From the NCBI RefSeq assembly GCF_964204645.1, contig NC_134029.1:16796950-16860949 (forward strand): 64,000 nucleotides of DNA, read 5' to 3'. A model generated the notes under the pieces. It had not been told where the DNA came from. It saw nothing but the letters and a program-made list of their open reading frames with translations, and made no database searches. Position numbers and translations under genes: made by a program. The stretch is from Tubulanus polymorphus (Eukaryota; Animalia; Nemertea). How positions within the stretch are numbered: the first letter of the stretch is position 1; every line of letters starts with the position of its first letter. Below, one piece after another: positions 35,447 through 48,549 of this stretch.

Positions 35447-36753
35447 TGACCATGGGGATGGAAGGAAGAATGAACATCTAAGCTCCATGTAACTTCTACA
35501 TATTTAACAGAAACAACATCTTCCTGCCATCTAACTTAGCAGGACAATGTTAAATAATACACAGGGATTCTTCTGAATATTGCTTCAACAACTACGATCT
35601 TCCCTAAGAAAATCTGTGAGTGTTTAAAAAGTGAAATCTTTCATCTGTGGGAAATCATCCAAGCAACTTAGCAACCACCAGTCAGCAACCATTTCAGACA
35701 AGGGAAACCATAGGTAACTAAGGTAAAGGGCTGTGACCAAAAGGGCAAATTCATGAAGAAGCTCTGAAGTTTGCTGAGAGTCTAGCAGAACTGGACAGTG
35801 ATTGTGATTCAACACTAGAAGAAGATGATGAATGGGGAAAACTATGTACCGTGCTCTAAATGTAACCGACTGTTTAATTTTGAAAACGAGATCGTCCAAG
35901 TGCAGTCAGTCAATTTGTAATAACTGCTCCAACCCAGCTGAAAATGCAGAGAATCTGCCGGTTAAATATCTGTGTAGTCGATGTTTGACTGATTTTCAAA
36001 CTGAGCAGAAATTTCAAGAGATGGAGACCATTAAGTTGGAGATAAAGAACATGAGAGAAATATTCTTTAACGCTATAGAAATTTTAGAATCCCGGATTAC
36101 CAAAATACATCAAGAAGTTTCTGCAAAAGAAAGCTACAAAACAAATAAATGCATAGCTGACATCAGGATAAAAATCGAGACCCATAGTAGACTATTGGAT
36201 ACGAACTCAAAAAATCTCGATGTTCTTTCAAATCAAATTAAGCAGATTGAGAGTGAAAATATGGTCTTCAAGAAATCTACCCATAAAATGGAAGCTGGAT
36301 TTAACACTTCAACAAAAACATCGCCTGAGGAAATCAGTGTTCCAAATAGCTCTTCCAATGATGAGAGACGGTCACACATTATCATATAACATACCTGAAT
36401 CAGATAATAAGATTATTTGTGACGACACTTCTCGGGTGGAAAGATTTCTAAATGGTATCATTAAACTTGGTGCAGCCAACTTAAGAGACATCAGAAGAAT
36501 TGGCAATGAAAATCAAACGAGACCACGTCCCATAAGAGTGATATTTACCAATGTAAATGATCGGGTTCAATGCGTAGAGAATTACATAAAATTAAAAAGG
36601 ACCGAACCTGCAACACTCAACGGGATCCAATTAGCTAAGAACAGAACAAAAAAGGAGCAACAACAGCATGTCAAGAAGAAGAGTGGAACCCAACTACAGC
36701 ATGGATGTGTACCGGAACAGAACAATATATCAAAAACGACACTTAATTCATAA
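35447..36753 (+). mobile_element. CR1/L2-like LINE ORF1 remnant with 5' region
   Basis: Cys-rich PHD-like N-terminus, coiled coil, then (after frameshift ~36385) YNIPES...IRRIGNENQTRPRPIRVIF; 35447-35670 is duplicated at 33538-33762. Confidence 0.65.
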
Positions 36754-38862
36754 TATTCATGCCGTATATCTAAATATTGATATCACATTTTTTTTATCAA
36801 TGTGGAAATAACTTATTTAGATAACTTGAGTAGGCTATGGATAACTAATCTCAAAAGTCTTTCTCTAAAAAACTATTAGAACTTATTAACTATATATAGA
36901 TAACTTTATTATTCTTTAAAATCTAAACTCGAAATGATAGATTATTGATATCAATATTATATCATGTAATGTTACAATACTTGGCAACCATTCTAACTGA
37001 TCTAAAGAACATTTAACGCCCGTCTTTAAGATGGGCTAGGTCAGATCAAACTATGAGCATTGAGAAATATTTTAAATATCACCTAAATTTATGTAAATTA
37101 CCAAACGAGCCGGACACCAATAGGCCTCAACAGGCCTCCATAAGTCCGTGATATTGATGATGAAGAACCAACGCAAGTTTTTGCTACGTGTGAGATTTGG
37201 GACCCCTTGAAAATAAGCTCTGGATCCGCCCCTGCAATTATCATTGTAGACAAAATGAAAAGGACACAAACAAAAAAATGCATTTGTTAAAAGTCTCACA
37301 AGTCCCTGCCTGGACCTCCCTGCCTGGTTGGTTCCACCCCGATAATGCCCAGTTATTATCTAGGAAAAAATACTATGGCATCTATTTCGCTGTTAGACTG
37401 GTCGCCTGTCCAATTCTGCGCCACCTGCATTCGCATTCGCACATTACACACTGGCAACCAGTCTACTAAAAGCTTCTGTAAAGATGGCGACAGGTACAAA
37501 CAACGGAGCCGGTATGGCAAATTATGACTACAATAATGGGGCAGATGGTGGTTGGAATGAACCAGGTGTTGGGTAAGTTACTCTTCAAAATGTTGAGCTT
37601 AAATTGATAATTGATTTTAACCTATTCCTACGGGAAAAAACTAATGCAATTGACGTTTTATTAGTCACGACGAGTAGAGATTGGTTTTTCTTCACTCTTC
37701 GTCCGAAGCTCCTAGCGGTCTCAAATCGGTCATCATCCAGTGCTTGTGTGGTCATCCTTTGCTAGTCTGCAATTAAAGTTGATTAAGCAAAACTATTCTA
37801 TCAAAGTTTTAGGGAAAATGACTGAGTCTCATTTTAGAAAATGGCAATTTTAAGCCTCAAATTTACCTTCTCTTGTTTATGTCTTTATAGACGGACTGAA
37901 AGATCTAGGTCACCAAAACGTTCCAGGTCTCGGTAAGTAGAAAAAATAATGGCAAAATAATTCAACAGAATATGACACCGTAAAAGTTCTTATATCCTCT
38001 TAAGTTGGATAATTCTGAAGTTGAACCTCTGATAGATTTTATTTAGATAGGCTTTGAAACCGGGAATTGGCGTAAAATCGTAAAAATCGCATCGTCAAAG
38101 TAAATACGCAGTGGATATTTTTGCCAATGCGGCATTATTCAATGAAACGCTATTTTGCCAATGGCTATATTTAATAAGATAAACTAATGAAATAAAACAA
38201 TAAAATCATTGTATTTTGGGGTTAGGGTTTCGATTATTAGTCTGAATACCAGTCATTGTTACCCTACAACGTCTGACGCTAAAGTATCATATAGAGGTTA
38301 ACTCCTGTTACATGATTCCTACAGCCCCTCATATTCCTCAAATTCCAAAATCAATTTTTGATGGTACAAAATCCCTCAAATTCTGAGTGTTAGTCCTTGG
38401 TTCCTAAAATTTTGAAAATTGTTTGCAAATGATCAATTAGATTAATAAAATTAGATTAACTAAATGAATATAGTGAGAATTCAATATGTTTCAATTTTGG
38501 TCAAATTACCTTAAGAATTTGAAACAAAATTAATATATGCATTGCCATCAATGTCAGTCCAAGTTCAAGTCCGAATCCGTAATTTACATCACTCCCATCA
38601 TGCAACACGAAAAGCCGCCATATTTGTTATGTTGCTTCACTTCAACTATTTTTTGAGGCGACTAGGCATACATTTTGAGTTACTTCGACCGTCAAAAGCT
38701 ACTTCGGATTACAAATTTATGCACAAACAATAGTTAACTTCCATCTCAGAACAGTCAGTTTGAGGTAAGTTGATGGTGTTTTAAGGGGTGAAATAGACGC
38801 TCAAAGCCTCGTCCCTCAATGAGGGAGAAAATTAACCTTATATGAGCACTCTAGCCCTAATC

Positions 38863-39288
38863 TAGGGTTTCCACCGGTCCTGCCAAGTCCTTCTTTTGGA
38901 AAAATTTTTGGACAAGCATCATCTTTGTCCTTCTTTTTGACTTAAAGTCCTTCCTCTTGATAAAAAAAGTCCTTCCACATTTGATTTTTATGTACTTTTT
39001 GTGCGCAATTTTGTCGCGAATTCAACTGTTGAAGTATTTTCTTAGTCGGACCTGGTAATTCAATTGTCAGTAAGATTCAAGGAAAGTGTTATAGATTACC
39101 CTGACATGTTCGATTGGTCTACATGACGAGTATTCCGGCCAAGGTACTGCAAAAATGCTTCATGGGCCCTCCTTTTACTGGAAAGTACTTCTTTCCGAGT
39201 CCACAAGTCCCTCCTTTTGGGTGTAAAATTGTCGAAAAAGTCCTTCTTAGTACTTCTTTTTATCCTAGCCTTACCACTGGAAACCCTG
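38863..39288. mobile_element. hAT-type MITE
   Basis: TAGGGTTTCCA ... TGGAAACCCTG ends with AGTCCTTC subterminal repeats; no clean TSD. Confidence 0.55.
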
Positions 39289-40480
39289 CAGACGTTGTTT
39301 GTGGAACGACGACTAGGTTTCGATAGGGTTAGGGTGAGGTTTTGGGTCCGTTTAACTCCTAGGGATAGGATTAGGGTAAGGTGAAACTATATTTAGTGAA
39401 AACTTACGTCTGAACTGCAGTGAGCTCGGTGGTCTTGTGGAAAAGCGTTAGACTAGCAAAATGCTGATTTGGGTTGGAATCCCGCTCTATGCTCCTATTC
39501 TCTCTAACTCTGTTCTCCGCACTTTCTTTGAATTTTTGGCGAACCGTAGGTTTGCCTATGCAAACGGTCTGATGAAGCAGTTTTCATTGAAAATGAATAG
39601 AGTACCGGTGTGTAAACAAGGCACAAACATTGGCTGTTGAACCGATTGTGTTGATTTTTGGTTTCATGGTTTGGCTTAATGAGTTCTCGAGCCCACAAAA
39701 ATTTCATAGTGATCGAGTTGTTTTTAGGGGACTTATTCTTGAAAAACACGCAAAAACCCTGCTTTTTAGCACTAAGTAATGGCACGTTTTTATATATGAC
39801 AATTTTTATGCTTGCAATTGAAATATATAAAAGTTCAATCCTTCCTGGAAGTGTCGCCGTTTTTAGTTCGACTGATCTCATTGTACTTTTCGACCTACAG
39901 GCCCTCACTTTATAAACCCCCTAAATTTCCTGGCTTCTATTTATTTGAGTTGACCTTGTAACCTGAGCTACAATGAATGTGATTGGCTGTTTGTGGGATA
40001 TACGGGAAATTCCGGGAATTTCGGCGCCTCTGATGTACCGGTAATTGGGAAAGCCTAATGTAAAACCCAAGACAAAATGGCGAACATTTTATTCGATAAG
40101 GTATCGTACGTTTGCTTATAATTTGTTCGTTGATACGAATATAAGCGAGTACGCTATTCAATTCAGTTGCAATTCTGAACTAGCAAGTATGACGATACCA
40201 ATGACAGGGTTCGTAGTAGGTCTTCCAAGTCATTTAAGAAAAAAATCATAGCCGGTATTTTTTTTATTTCTAGAAAAAAAAGTCCGTATATGTTTGTATA
40301 TTTTTGACATTTTGTGGATGGATGTATTCTGACTTGTGAAATTACGGTCAATCTAATACTGCGTCGCTAGTACATTTGTATATACGCGCGTCAGCAGTCA
40401 GCCGCATGTGTGCGAATATAGGTTACAGTATGGCTGTGTGTGTTAGTTATCACCTGAGCGAGTCTATATATAGCTATAGC

Positions 40481-40528
<48 letters not shown>
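40481..40528. repeat. (TA)n microsatellite
   Basis: Direct reading. Confidence 0.95.
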
Positions 40529-40529
<1 letters not shown>

Positions 40530-41403
40530 CTGACTCGGCAATATACACAGAACTCTAACACATCCGCAGGCGCTTATATTGTCAGCCTCACATCTTCAAT
40601 CCAAATTAATTTATATTTAGTATAATATTTTTGACAATATATGCATTAAATGGTGAGCCACAGGGCCATTGGACCTTTATCTAAGTTGCGAACCTAAAAT
40701 AAAACAGGATTGGCTAATAATGACATCGACTAAGCTGTGCACTCTGGCTAGTGTGGCAGGGTTTCGTACCCTGGCCACTCTCGATGCCATCAGGTTTAAA
40801 TCCCTGCCGGGGAGGATGGTCTTTCACTGACACCTGTATTAAATAAGTTGAAATGGACATAAAGGTTGTGGTTCAACTTGTGAAATGAAGATCCCATCAC
40901 ACAGCCAACGGAAGCAATCTGATTGGTAGGACATTACGGAACTGCCTTTGCTGAGCCCGTATTAGTAACAACATTCTGAAGAGGAGGGGCAGTGGGTTAA
41001 CCTGAATTGTTTGAAATAATGGTGGAATCCAGGGCATATTCAAAAGGTTAACAGTTGAGCAAAATTTGAAAAAATACTGAAATCATTAGAAACTAATGAA
41101 GTATGTCATAACCGTTCCACAGCATGTTTCATTGTGCCTTTTCTTAGAAATTTTGGTCACAACTAACGTTTCAAGGCTTCTGAAATGGACTTTTCTTTTG
41201 ATGGAATAGTCTTGATTTAATTAATCCGAGTGCCTTGGACAACTCACTGCTGATAAATTCAAATTGATATTTAATTCCATTTTCTCCTCGGAATTGGAGT
41301 AGACATATCGTAATTAGAAAATTAGTTCCAGACATTGGAGAGGTTGAACAATTCGGATAAAGGTGAAGTAACGGGTGACGGTGATTATTTGTAAATGTTC
41401 CAG

Positions 41404-44400
41404 CTCGCCGAATGATCGAAGAGACAGAAGACGTGGTGGAGGACGCAGTCGGGATAGGGATAGAGACCGTGGCACAGATAGTGGAGGCGAAGCTAAAGAA
41501 GTTCGTACGCGCAGAGCGTTTATTTGTAATCTACCATATGATGTTTCCTGGCAGGATTTAAAAGATTTGTGCAAACAAGAAGGTAAGTTAGTTCTATAGC
41601 CTGATGCATGTTTTTGCATGTTCTTGAAATTTAATTGATTTCTTAATCTTACAACTAACTGAACTATTTTATTTGTGCTATTCAGTTGGTGATGCTTACG
41701 TTGAAGTCTATGATGAAAAAGGGAAATCCACAGGCTGCGCGTAGGTTTTTCTAGAAAAGTTTGGTTTTTAGTTTTTCACTTGTGGACTTTTTCTGACAGT
41801 TGAATTTATATTTCTAGGGCAGCAGAATTCCGAGATGTTGAAACGTGTAAAAAAGCCATTGAAAATCTTCACAGGAAGGAATTAAAAGGACGATTAATTG
41901 TTGTCAGGGAGGTTCGTATTAACAGTAATTTCTCAAGATAATTCAGTATCCGGGAATTAATTCTGACTTATTGCAGGCCTAATGTTTGTGAAAATACACT
42001 TTGATTAATATGTAGGACCTGAGGGTTTTATTTGATCTATAATTGAGCAAGATTCAAATTTTTTGGTTTCCATTTAGTTCGATAAGGGTAAAACCATGCT
42101 TAACCCTTAACTGGCTTGAAGTATTTTTTGCCCTGTTAGTGATTTTGGACCTTGCAAGGGGAAAACATAATAACTCAGAAGATATGAGGGATAACCCAAT
42201 ATTGTATGTATTTTATGAACGCTCTTTTCACAAACTTTCGAATGGTACCAAGTTTTCAAACTTTGGGGGTTACCTTTAGGGTCTGACTTCAAGGTCAGAG
42301 ATCCCAAGGTCATCCAGAAGAACCTAGGATAAATTCTTTGCAAGGTATAGGTTCATCAAAATTGGTGGTAGTTACATGGATAAATGAGACATCAATTTGA
42401 GGATTAGGAGACGGTTCGTAGCCACATAATGAGGGCAGTACTGTCCCCTGAATAGCGAAATTGGGGGGGGGGGGTTTAAAATATGATTACAGAATAATTA
42501 GTTTCGTAAACAGACTGCAGGAGGCGCCATGTCTCGGTGGGATGGCAGAGATGCCTCGAGTACCCATCAGCGTAAGAAAAATTGGTTAGACTGCCACTGG
42601 ACATATGATGGCCATCTAGTGACCTTTTTGGTCTGAATTCTTAAACCTGTAGCTTGCCACTTGTCATTGGAATTTGTTATGGGTTTTTTTTGGGCAGGTG
42701 GGTTTTCGGGATCAGTCAATTATCACATAATTGGCGGCTATCTTAATGTCATCAGTCCTAAATTCTAGGTGGAAGAAAATAATATGAGCAGGTTTTAACT
42801 TGAATGTATAGTCTTGTTAATTGATTATCAGTCATCGAAAGCATTTCATGGGATCACTCTATTGTTCTTGCCACCAGGGGAGTTGAATATTGAATCATAT
42901 ACCTAAGTGTGACAAGTGGGTTTCGAGTCCTACTGGCTGCTTACAGTGTGCGTCGGGTGGTTAAATGAATAATCCAATAGGGTTAGGCTTAAGAAACCAA
43001 GATCAAGCGACGTTAAGTCAGAACAAACAAAAGAACAAACAAATAAACAAACAAGCTTATTGTATTATTGCGTAGGCAGCGAACGGGGGACTTTGTATCC
43101 GCCTCCGTCCATCCGCATGAGCTTGTGAACGCGATTCAAGAAGAACCGTTGATCGCAGGACTATGATATTACACAGTATGATTACCCCTAGGGAGAGGAT
43201 GTGCCCTATTGATTTTGGGGTCAAAGGACCAAAGGTCAAGGTCACTACAGGTCATTCATGTAAAACGTGATTCAAGAACCGTTGATAGCAGGACCATGAT
43301 ATTACGTAGTATGATTACCCCTAGGGAGAGGATGTGCCCTATTGATTTTTGGGTCCAAGTACCAAAGGTCAAGGTCACTACAGGTCATTCATGTGAAACC
43401 TTGTGAACGTCATTCAAGAAGAACCGTTGATAGCAGGACCATGATATTATGTAGTATGATTAGCCCTAGGGAGAGGATGTGCCCTATTGATTCTGGGCTC
43501 CAAGGATCAAATGTCAAGGTCACTTCAGGTCATTCATGTGAAACCTTGTGTCGTGAATGTGATTCAGAAAGAACTGTTGATAGCAATACAATGATATTAC
43601 ATCGCATGATTACCCCTAGGGAGAGGATGTGCCCTATTGATTTTGAGGAAAAAGGTCAAGGTCACTAGATATCATTCATATGAAACCTTGTAAACACGAT
43701 CCAAGAAGAACCATTGATAACAGAACAATGCTATTTCATAGTATGATTACCCCTGGGGAGAGGATGTGCATTGGTGATTTTGGAGTTCTAGGGTCAAAGG
43801 TCAAGGTTGGTAGACGTCTTTTGCCTAAAACCCTGTAAACTCAATTCTTAAATAACCATTCATAGCAGAAAAATGATATTTCATAGTATGGTTATCCCTG
43901 GATACACTCATAATTTTTCTATACAAAAGATTAGTGTCTTCGGGGGTCATTCATTCCCTACTGGCTATCGTGGGGGACAAAGATACGTAGTATCGAATTG
44001 CTTTGTTTATATTGGTACCAATGCATATTTTGTAAGTTGAAGCTCATGACATGTTCTATGGTTTTGGTTTTTAAGGTAACTGGCGGCATTGAATATTGAA
44101 TTAGTCGCATTGTTGAGCATTTCCTCTTGCCAAGTAGGCATGGTGTCTCAGGACCCCTAGTTATGTATGGGTTGAGGCAATAATTTGCAGGGGCTGGAAT
44201 ATCTTGAAAAGATGGTGTGCACTTTAATTTTCAGGAAACTCCAGCGGATAGACGAAGGTTTGATCGATCAGAAAAGGGTCGTCGCGGAGATGACCGATCC
44301 TCAAGATCCAGTCGAATGGAACGTCGTCCATTGATGGACACGGATTCAACTCAGCCACTGAATACGCACGGAATCAATCCACAAATATTAAAACAGTTGA

Positions 44401-47400
44401 ATATTGAAGGTCCCTTGGTTAATACTGTATTCGTAGCGAATGTAAGTATTCAGTATTAGTGAAGTAAGAATTAACTCATTTGTTAAATTCTGGAAATTTT
44501 ACAGTCTCATGGAACGTTTAGCTTAACAAACTGTTTACAGGGTCCCAACGATTCCTTGAAATCTCCTTCTAAACCAAAGATACTTTTCCAGGTCCTTGTA
44601 TAACCTTGAATTTGGAGAAATTGGCAATCAGAAAATTTTTAGGTTTTAAGCCTAGTTAGCAGTCAAAGGCCTTATACATGCAGATACCACTGAATTAATG
44701 GTTTACCAAAATAAACAGTACCGATTTAGAGCTGAGTACTGTAATTGGGATATGAAAGTGATACATACGCTCCTCGAAATTTGAAATTATCTCCTTGAAA
44801 ACTCCTTGAATTCTGGAATGACTGATCAAAAGGGACCTTGGTTTAACGAGTTCAGTTCTTCCAACAATTGCTGATAACAATTTTTCCTGTGATATTTACA
44901 GTTGGATTATAAAGTGGATGACAAAAAATTGGAAGAGATTTTCAAAATGGCTGGTAAAACAGTGAAAGCCGAGATAAAAAAGGACAAGGATGGAAATAGT
45001 CGAGGATTCGGAAGTGTTGAATTTGATCACCCAGTTCAAGCGGTTCAGGCTATCTGTATCCTTAACATAATGAATACACTTAATTCTTAACTCTCTATGA
45101 ACATCGTGTTTCGTACTGCAAGATGATTGCAAATTTGCAATTTTCACATGCTTCATTGAATAAGTTATAGAAGGTAGGGCATTTTCTTTTGGGCGCTAAC
45201 GTTATGATCGCCCATCATGGATACTTCTGTGATCGCTCTTTCGTTACTCCCGAGTAGGGGATATTATGCCCTATGGGTTTTCAAAATAAACTTCTGAGGT
45301 GATATTTCGTATTTCGTAGTGGTATAGCATGGTATTTCTATGTGTAGGTATCTATGGTGCGTATATTTTGTTGCGGTTAAACCACAATCGTTGAAATTTT
45401 TAGCTCATTCTATGCTTTATGATTGTGGTTAGTTCCAAGGCAATTGATTACCGCATTCATTCACCAAGGGGCATTGAATATTAGCAAGCATTTGTTAGAT
45501 TATCAATTAAGTGGGCACGGTGTGTCTGTGGACCTTTAGTTTCTGATCAAGATTGTGCGTGCCAGTGGAATTTAAAGTGCTACATCGTAAATCCCATGAA
45601 AAAGGCTTCTTCTGAAAGAAACTTTGCCCTGAAACCCTCAGATATCCAGTTTGTTTACTTAATTGATTTAAACCAGCTATGTTTAATGGTCAAACGCTAT
45701 TTGATCGCGCGATGGCTGTAAAAATGGATAAAGAAGCTCGTCCTAAAAAGCAAGAATTACCCAGCGGTTTGCAGGGAGTCGGTAAAGGTCTCGGTATAGG
45801 TGGTGCTCCAATCAATGATCCCAATGATATTTCAAGTGAGTGCAGTATCTTGAATATAACAAATATGAACTTAGTGTGTTGCGGTGCGATACAATGTATG
45901 TGTGCTTATTTACATAGGTAGCTTGAATACTATGAGTAACAGTATGAATATGAATATGGATAACATCGGTATGGGTATGGGTAAGTAGAAATTTAGTATA
46001 TACTATGGAAGCTACTTAAAACCTAACTTTATAGCCCACCCTCTAGCCAAAGGACCCGCTTTAACAAAAGCAAATTCTGGAATTTTGGCACAATGCTATT
46101 TACTTCTGTCAAAATATTTGGTAAATTTATTGTCGACATAACTAAATGATATTCAACCATAAATATTGGCAATTTGTGACAAAATATTAACATGTAATCA
46201 TGAAAAATATGTTGACTTAATATTTGGTTATTTATTTGTAGGCATGGGAACCGGAGGAAATATGGGTCTTGGCGCAATGAATATGGGAATGCCTGGAATG
46301 GGAATGAATAATTTACCAATGAATTCGAGCAGTCTCGGAGGAATGGGCAGTAATAGTATGTTAGGAATGCCCAGTATCAGTGATATGGGTATGAATCCTA
46401 GTTTACTCAATATGAACAACATGTCATCAGGGCTGTCGCTGGGCAGTTCTCTCGGAGCTGGGTCCGGTATGGGATCCGGAATGGGATCGTTGGGTTCAGG
46501 TATGGGATCGGGACTCGGCGGCAGTATGGGCAGCGGTTATGGCTCGGGCGGAATGGGTAACATGGATGGGTTACTCGGTAGCGGAGCGGCGATGAATAGT
46601 ATGAATATGGGATTATCCGGAGGTATGGGAAACATGAGAGGTAACCTAGGCGGTGGTGGAGGACTGAACAGAGAAAATACGACCATCATCGTCAGAGATG
46701 TAAGTATAAGTTATTTGTTCACCTGATATACAGTCCAAACTCAAGAAAATGTATTCTGTATAGCCGTACCTTGGCTGAATATTTTAGCCAGCCCTGGGTG
46801 TATCAACTGCTGGTCGGCTATGTCATTAATCACTATGGGAATTGCACTCAAATCATTCAAACCAATCTCTCTCAAAAGTTTCATAGAAATATTGGAATCT
46901 TATTTTTACACTCTGCTGGTTGGGACAAAATAGAAACTGTTTAGTTAGATTCATTCAACATAAGAATGTTCTTGACGTATTTAGTGAAAAACCCCCGAAT
47001 GATGGAAAAGCGCACCCAAGAGCCATCCATTTTGTTAGTACAAAACTGAGCATGTAAAAATATTGTCTATTTTATGATGGGTTTCACAGATGAACTATGT
47101 TATTGTCAATGTTTATTGCTAATAATGTCATTTTAACTTTGTTAGTCTCCATGACTCATAATTTTGGGTTATAGTATCGTAAAAGGCTCCAAAGATGGCA
47201 TAGCTGGAGTTTAGGAAACATTGAGTATGCAGGCTTATTAGTTGTTGTATTAAGCAAACTTGAAGTAGCTGGTCTGAGAATTCAATTTCATTCGGCAAAA
47301 AAGTTCCAATTCAACTATATTTGACATCAGAGGGAAATTTATGAAATCGATCTGAAATACTTGTTCCTGCAAGCCCACGAGTCTTTGTTACATAAGATAT

Positions 47401-48328
47401 GAACGTAGGAATGGTGTGAGTCAACAATTGGCATCAGTTTTCACAAAGAAGCACATTAATAGTTATCAAGTAGCTACTGTAGCTACGTGATAACTGTAGC
47501 CTACAGGCTGGCTGTAGTGTCCCTGGGCGATCTGAAAAAACGTAACCAATTCGCGATGAAATCGTTTTACCCTGCAGATTGATACTTAGCGTAGTATAGA
47601 TACAAAGCTAGCAATTTTGTCATCAGCCCTTTCCTGCTAGTTTTTTGGGGGTTTCCCAAGCGTTAATTTCCTTTGGCAGCTCGAAATAATTCCAAGAAAA
47701 CCACCGGCCTTTACACTATTAAAAATAAGAATGATGATTTTAAATTGCATCATCGGTGTATTGTTGTACCATTATTGTACGGTCTTTATCTATAGTTACC
47801 CTATACATACACGTGGCAGAATTTACGGGAGCGTTTCTGTGACTGCGGCGAAGTGAAATATGCTGAAATCAAGACTGAGAATGGAAAATCTCGCGGAATT
47901 GGAATAATTCGATTTGCTACATCGAAAGAAGCTATTCGTGCTGTCAGTATCCTTTATGTGTAGAAGTATTAGTTATTTATTTGAGATCTCAGATATTATG
48001 CTGGTTTATTCAACAATTTACATCCTAACTTGAATCATTTTGAACATTGGAGTGACCAGAGTATAAGATACCGGGGTAATGGAATTTAATTTACATTCTG
48101 TTGCGATGATTCTAAGATTTGTGTTTGAATGTTGAGATAATTCGACTTGAATGTATCTGAGAGGATGCGGGTCTACTGTGTTAAACAGCTGGCGTCTGAA
48201 AATTTTGAGAATACTTTGGTCTGCGTAATATGATGTCGCTGCATTTCTCCTTGACTGATATTTTTTTAGATTTGATGGATGGAAGCAGAATCGAAGGACG
48301 CGCCATTAAAGTTCGTTTGGATGAATAA
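41404..48328 (+). CDS. MYEF2: Myelin expression factor 2 / hnRNP M family 3-RRM protein; exons 41404-41582, 41686-41740, 41818-41911, 44235-44441, 44902-45055, 45677-45835, 45918-45980, 46242-46699, 47796-47946, 48270-48328; first coding exon unresolved (perhaps ~40077)
   Basis: RRAFICNLPYDVSWQDLKDL (RRM1), VFVANLDYKVDDKKLEEIF...MFNGQTLFDRAMAVKMD (RRM2), LPSGLQGVGKGLG, Met/Gly-rich linker, LPYTYTWQNLRERF...IEGRAIKVRLDE* (RRM3); splice phases consistent. Confidence 0.88.
43068..44010 (+). mobile_element. Intronic HINE/Helentron-like element with ~140-bp tandem array
   Basis: About 5.5 copies of a unit containing ATGATTACCCCTAGGGAGAGGATGTGCCCTATTGA and AAGGTCAAGGTCAC at 43120-43900. Confidence 0.6.
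45056..45676 (+). other. U12-type (minor spliceosome) GT-AG intron
   Basis: 5' site GTATCCTTA; branch-like TTACTTAAT close to the CAG acceptor, no polypyrimidine tract. Confidence 0.8.
47947..48269 (+). other. U12-type GT-AG intron
   Basis: 5' site GTATCCTTT; branch point TCCTTGAC about 14 nt before the AG. Confidence 0.88.
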
Positions 48329-48492
48329 ACAACGGTACGAATTATCCGCGGTCGCACCATATCTTATTGTATCGACTTTGGTTTTCAAGGTTTCTCGGAT
48401 TGTCGGACTTCGGTTTTCGTGGAATTCGTGGACTCGTGCTTAATGTTGTTTCTTCTTTTATTCGTCGTCGAGGATTTGAAAACGTACCGGCT

Positions 48493-48496
<4 letters not shown>

Positions 48497-48540
<44 letters not shown>
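48497..48540. repeat. (TA)n microsatellite in probable 3' UTR
   Basis: Direct reading. Confidence 0.95.

Positions 48541-48549
<9 letters not shown>

Noticed and set aside
40077-40100. ATGGCG...AAG/GT as first coding exon of MYEF2
   Set aside because: Phase 0 donor does not match the phase-2 acceptor at 41404; start left unresolved.
43057-43668. Repetitive ORFs in the MYEF2 intron
   Set aside because: Translations of the 140-bp tandem array.
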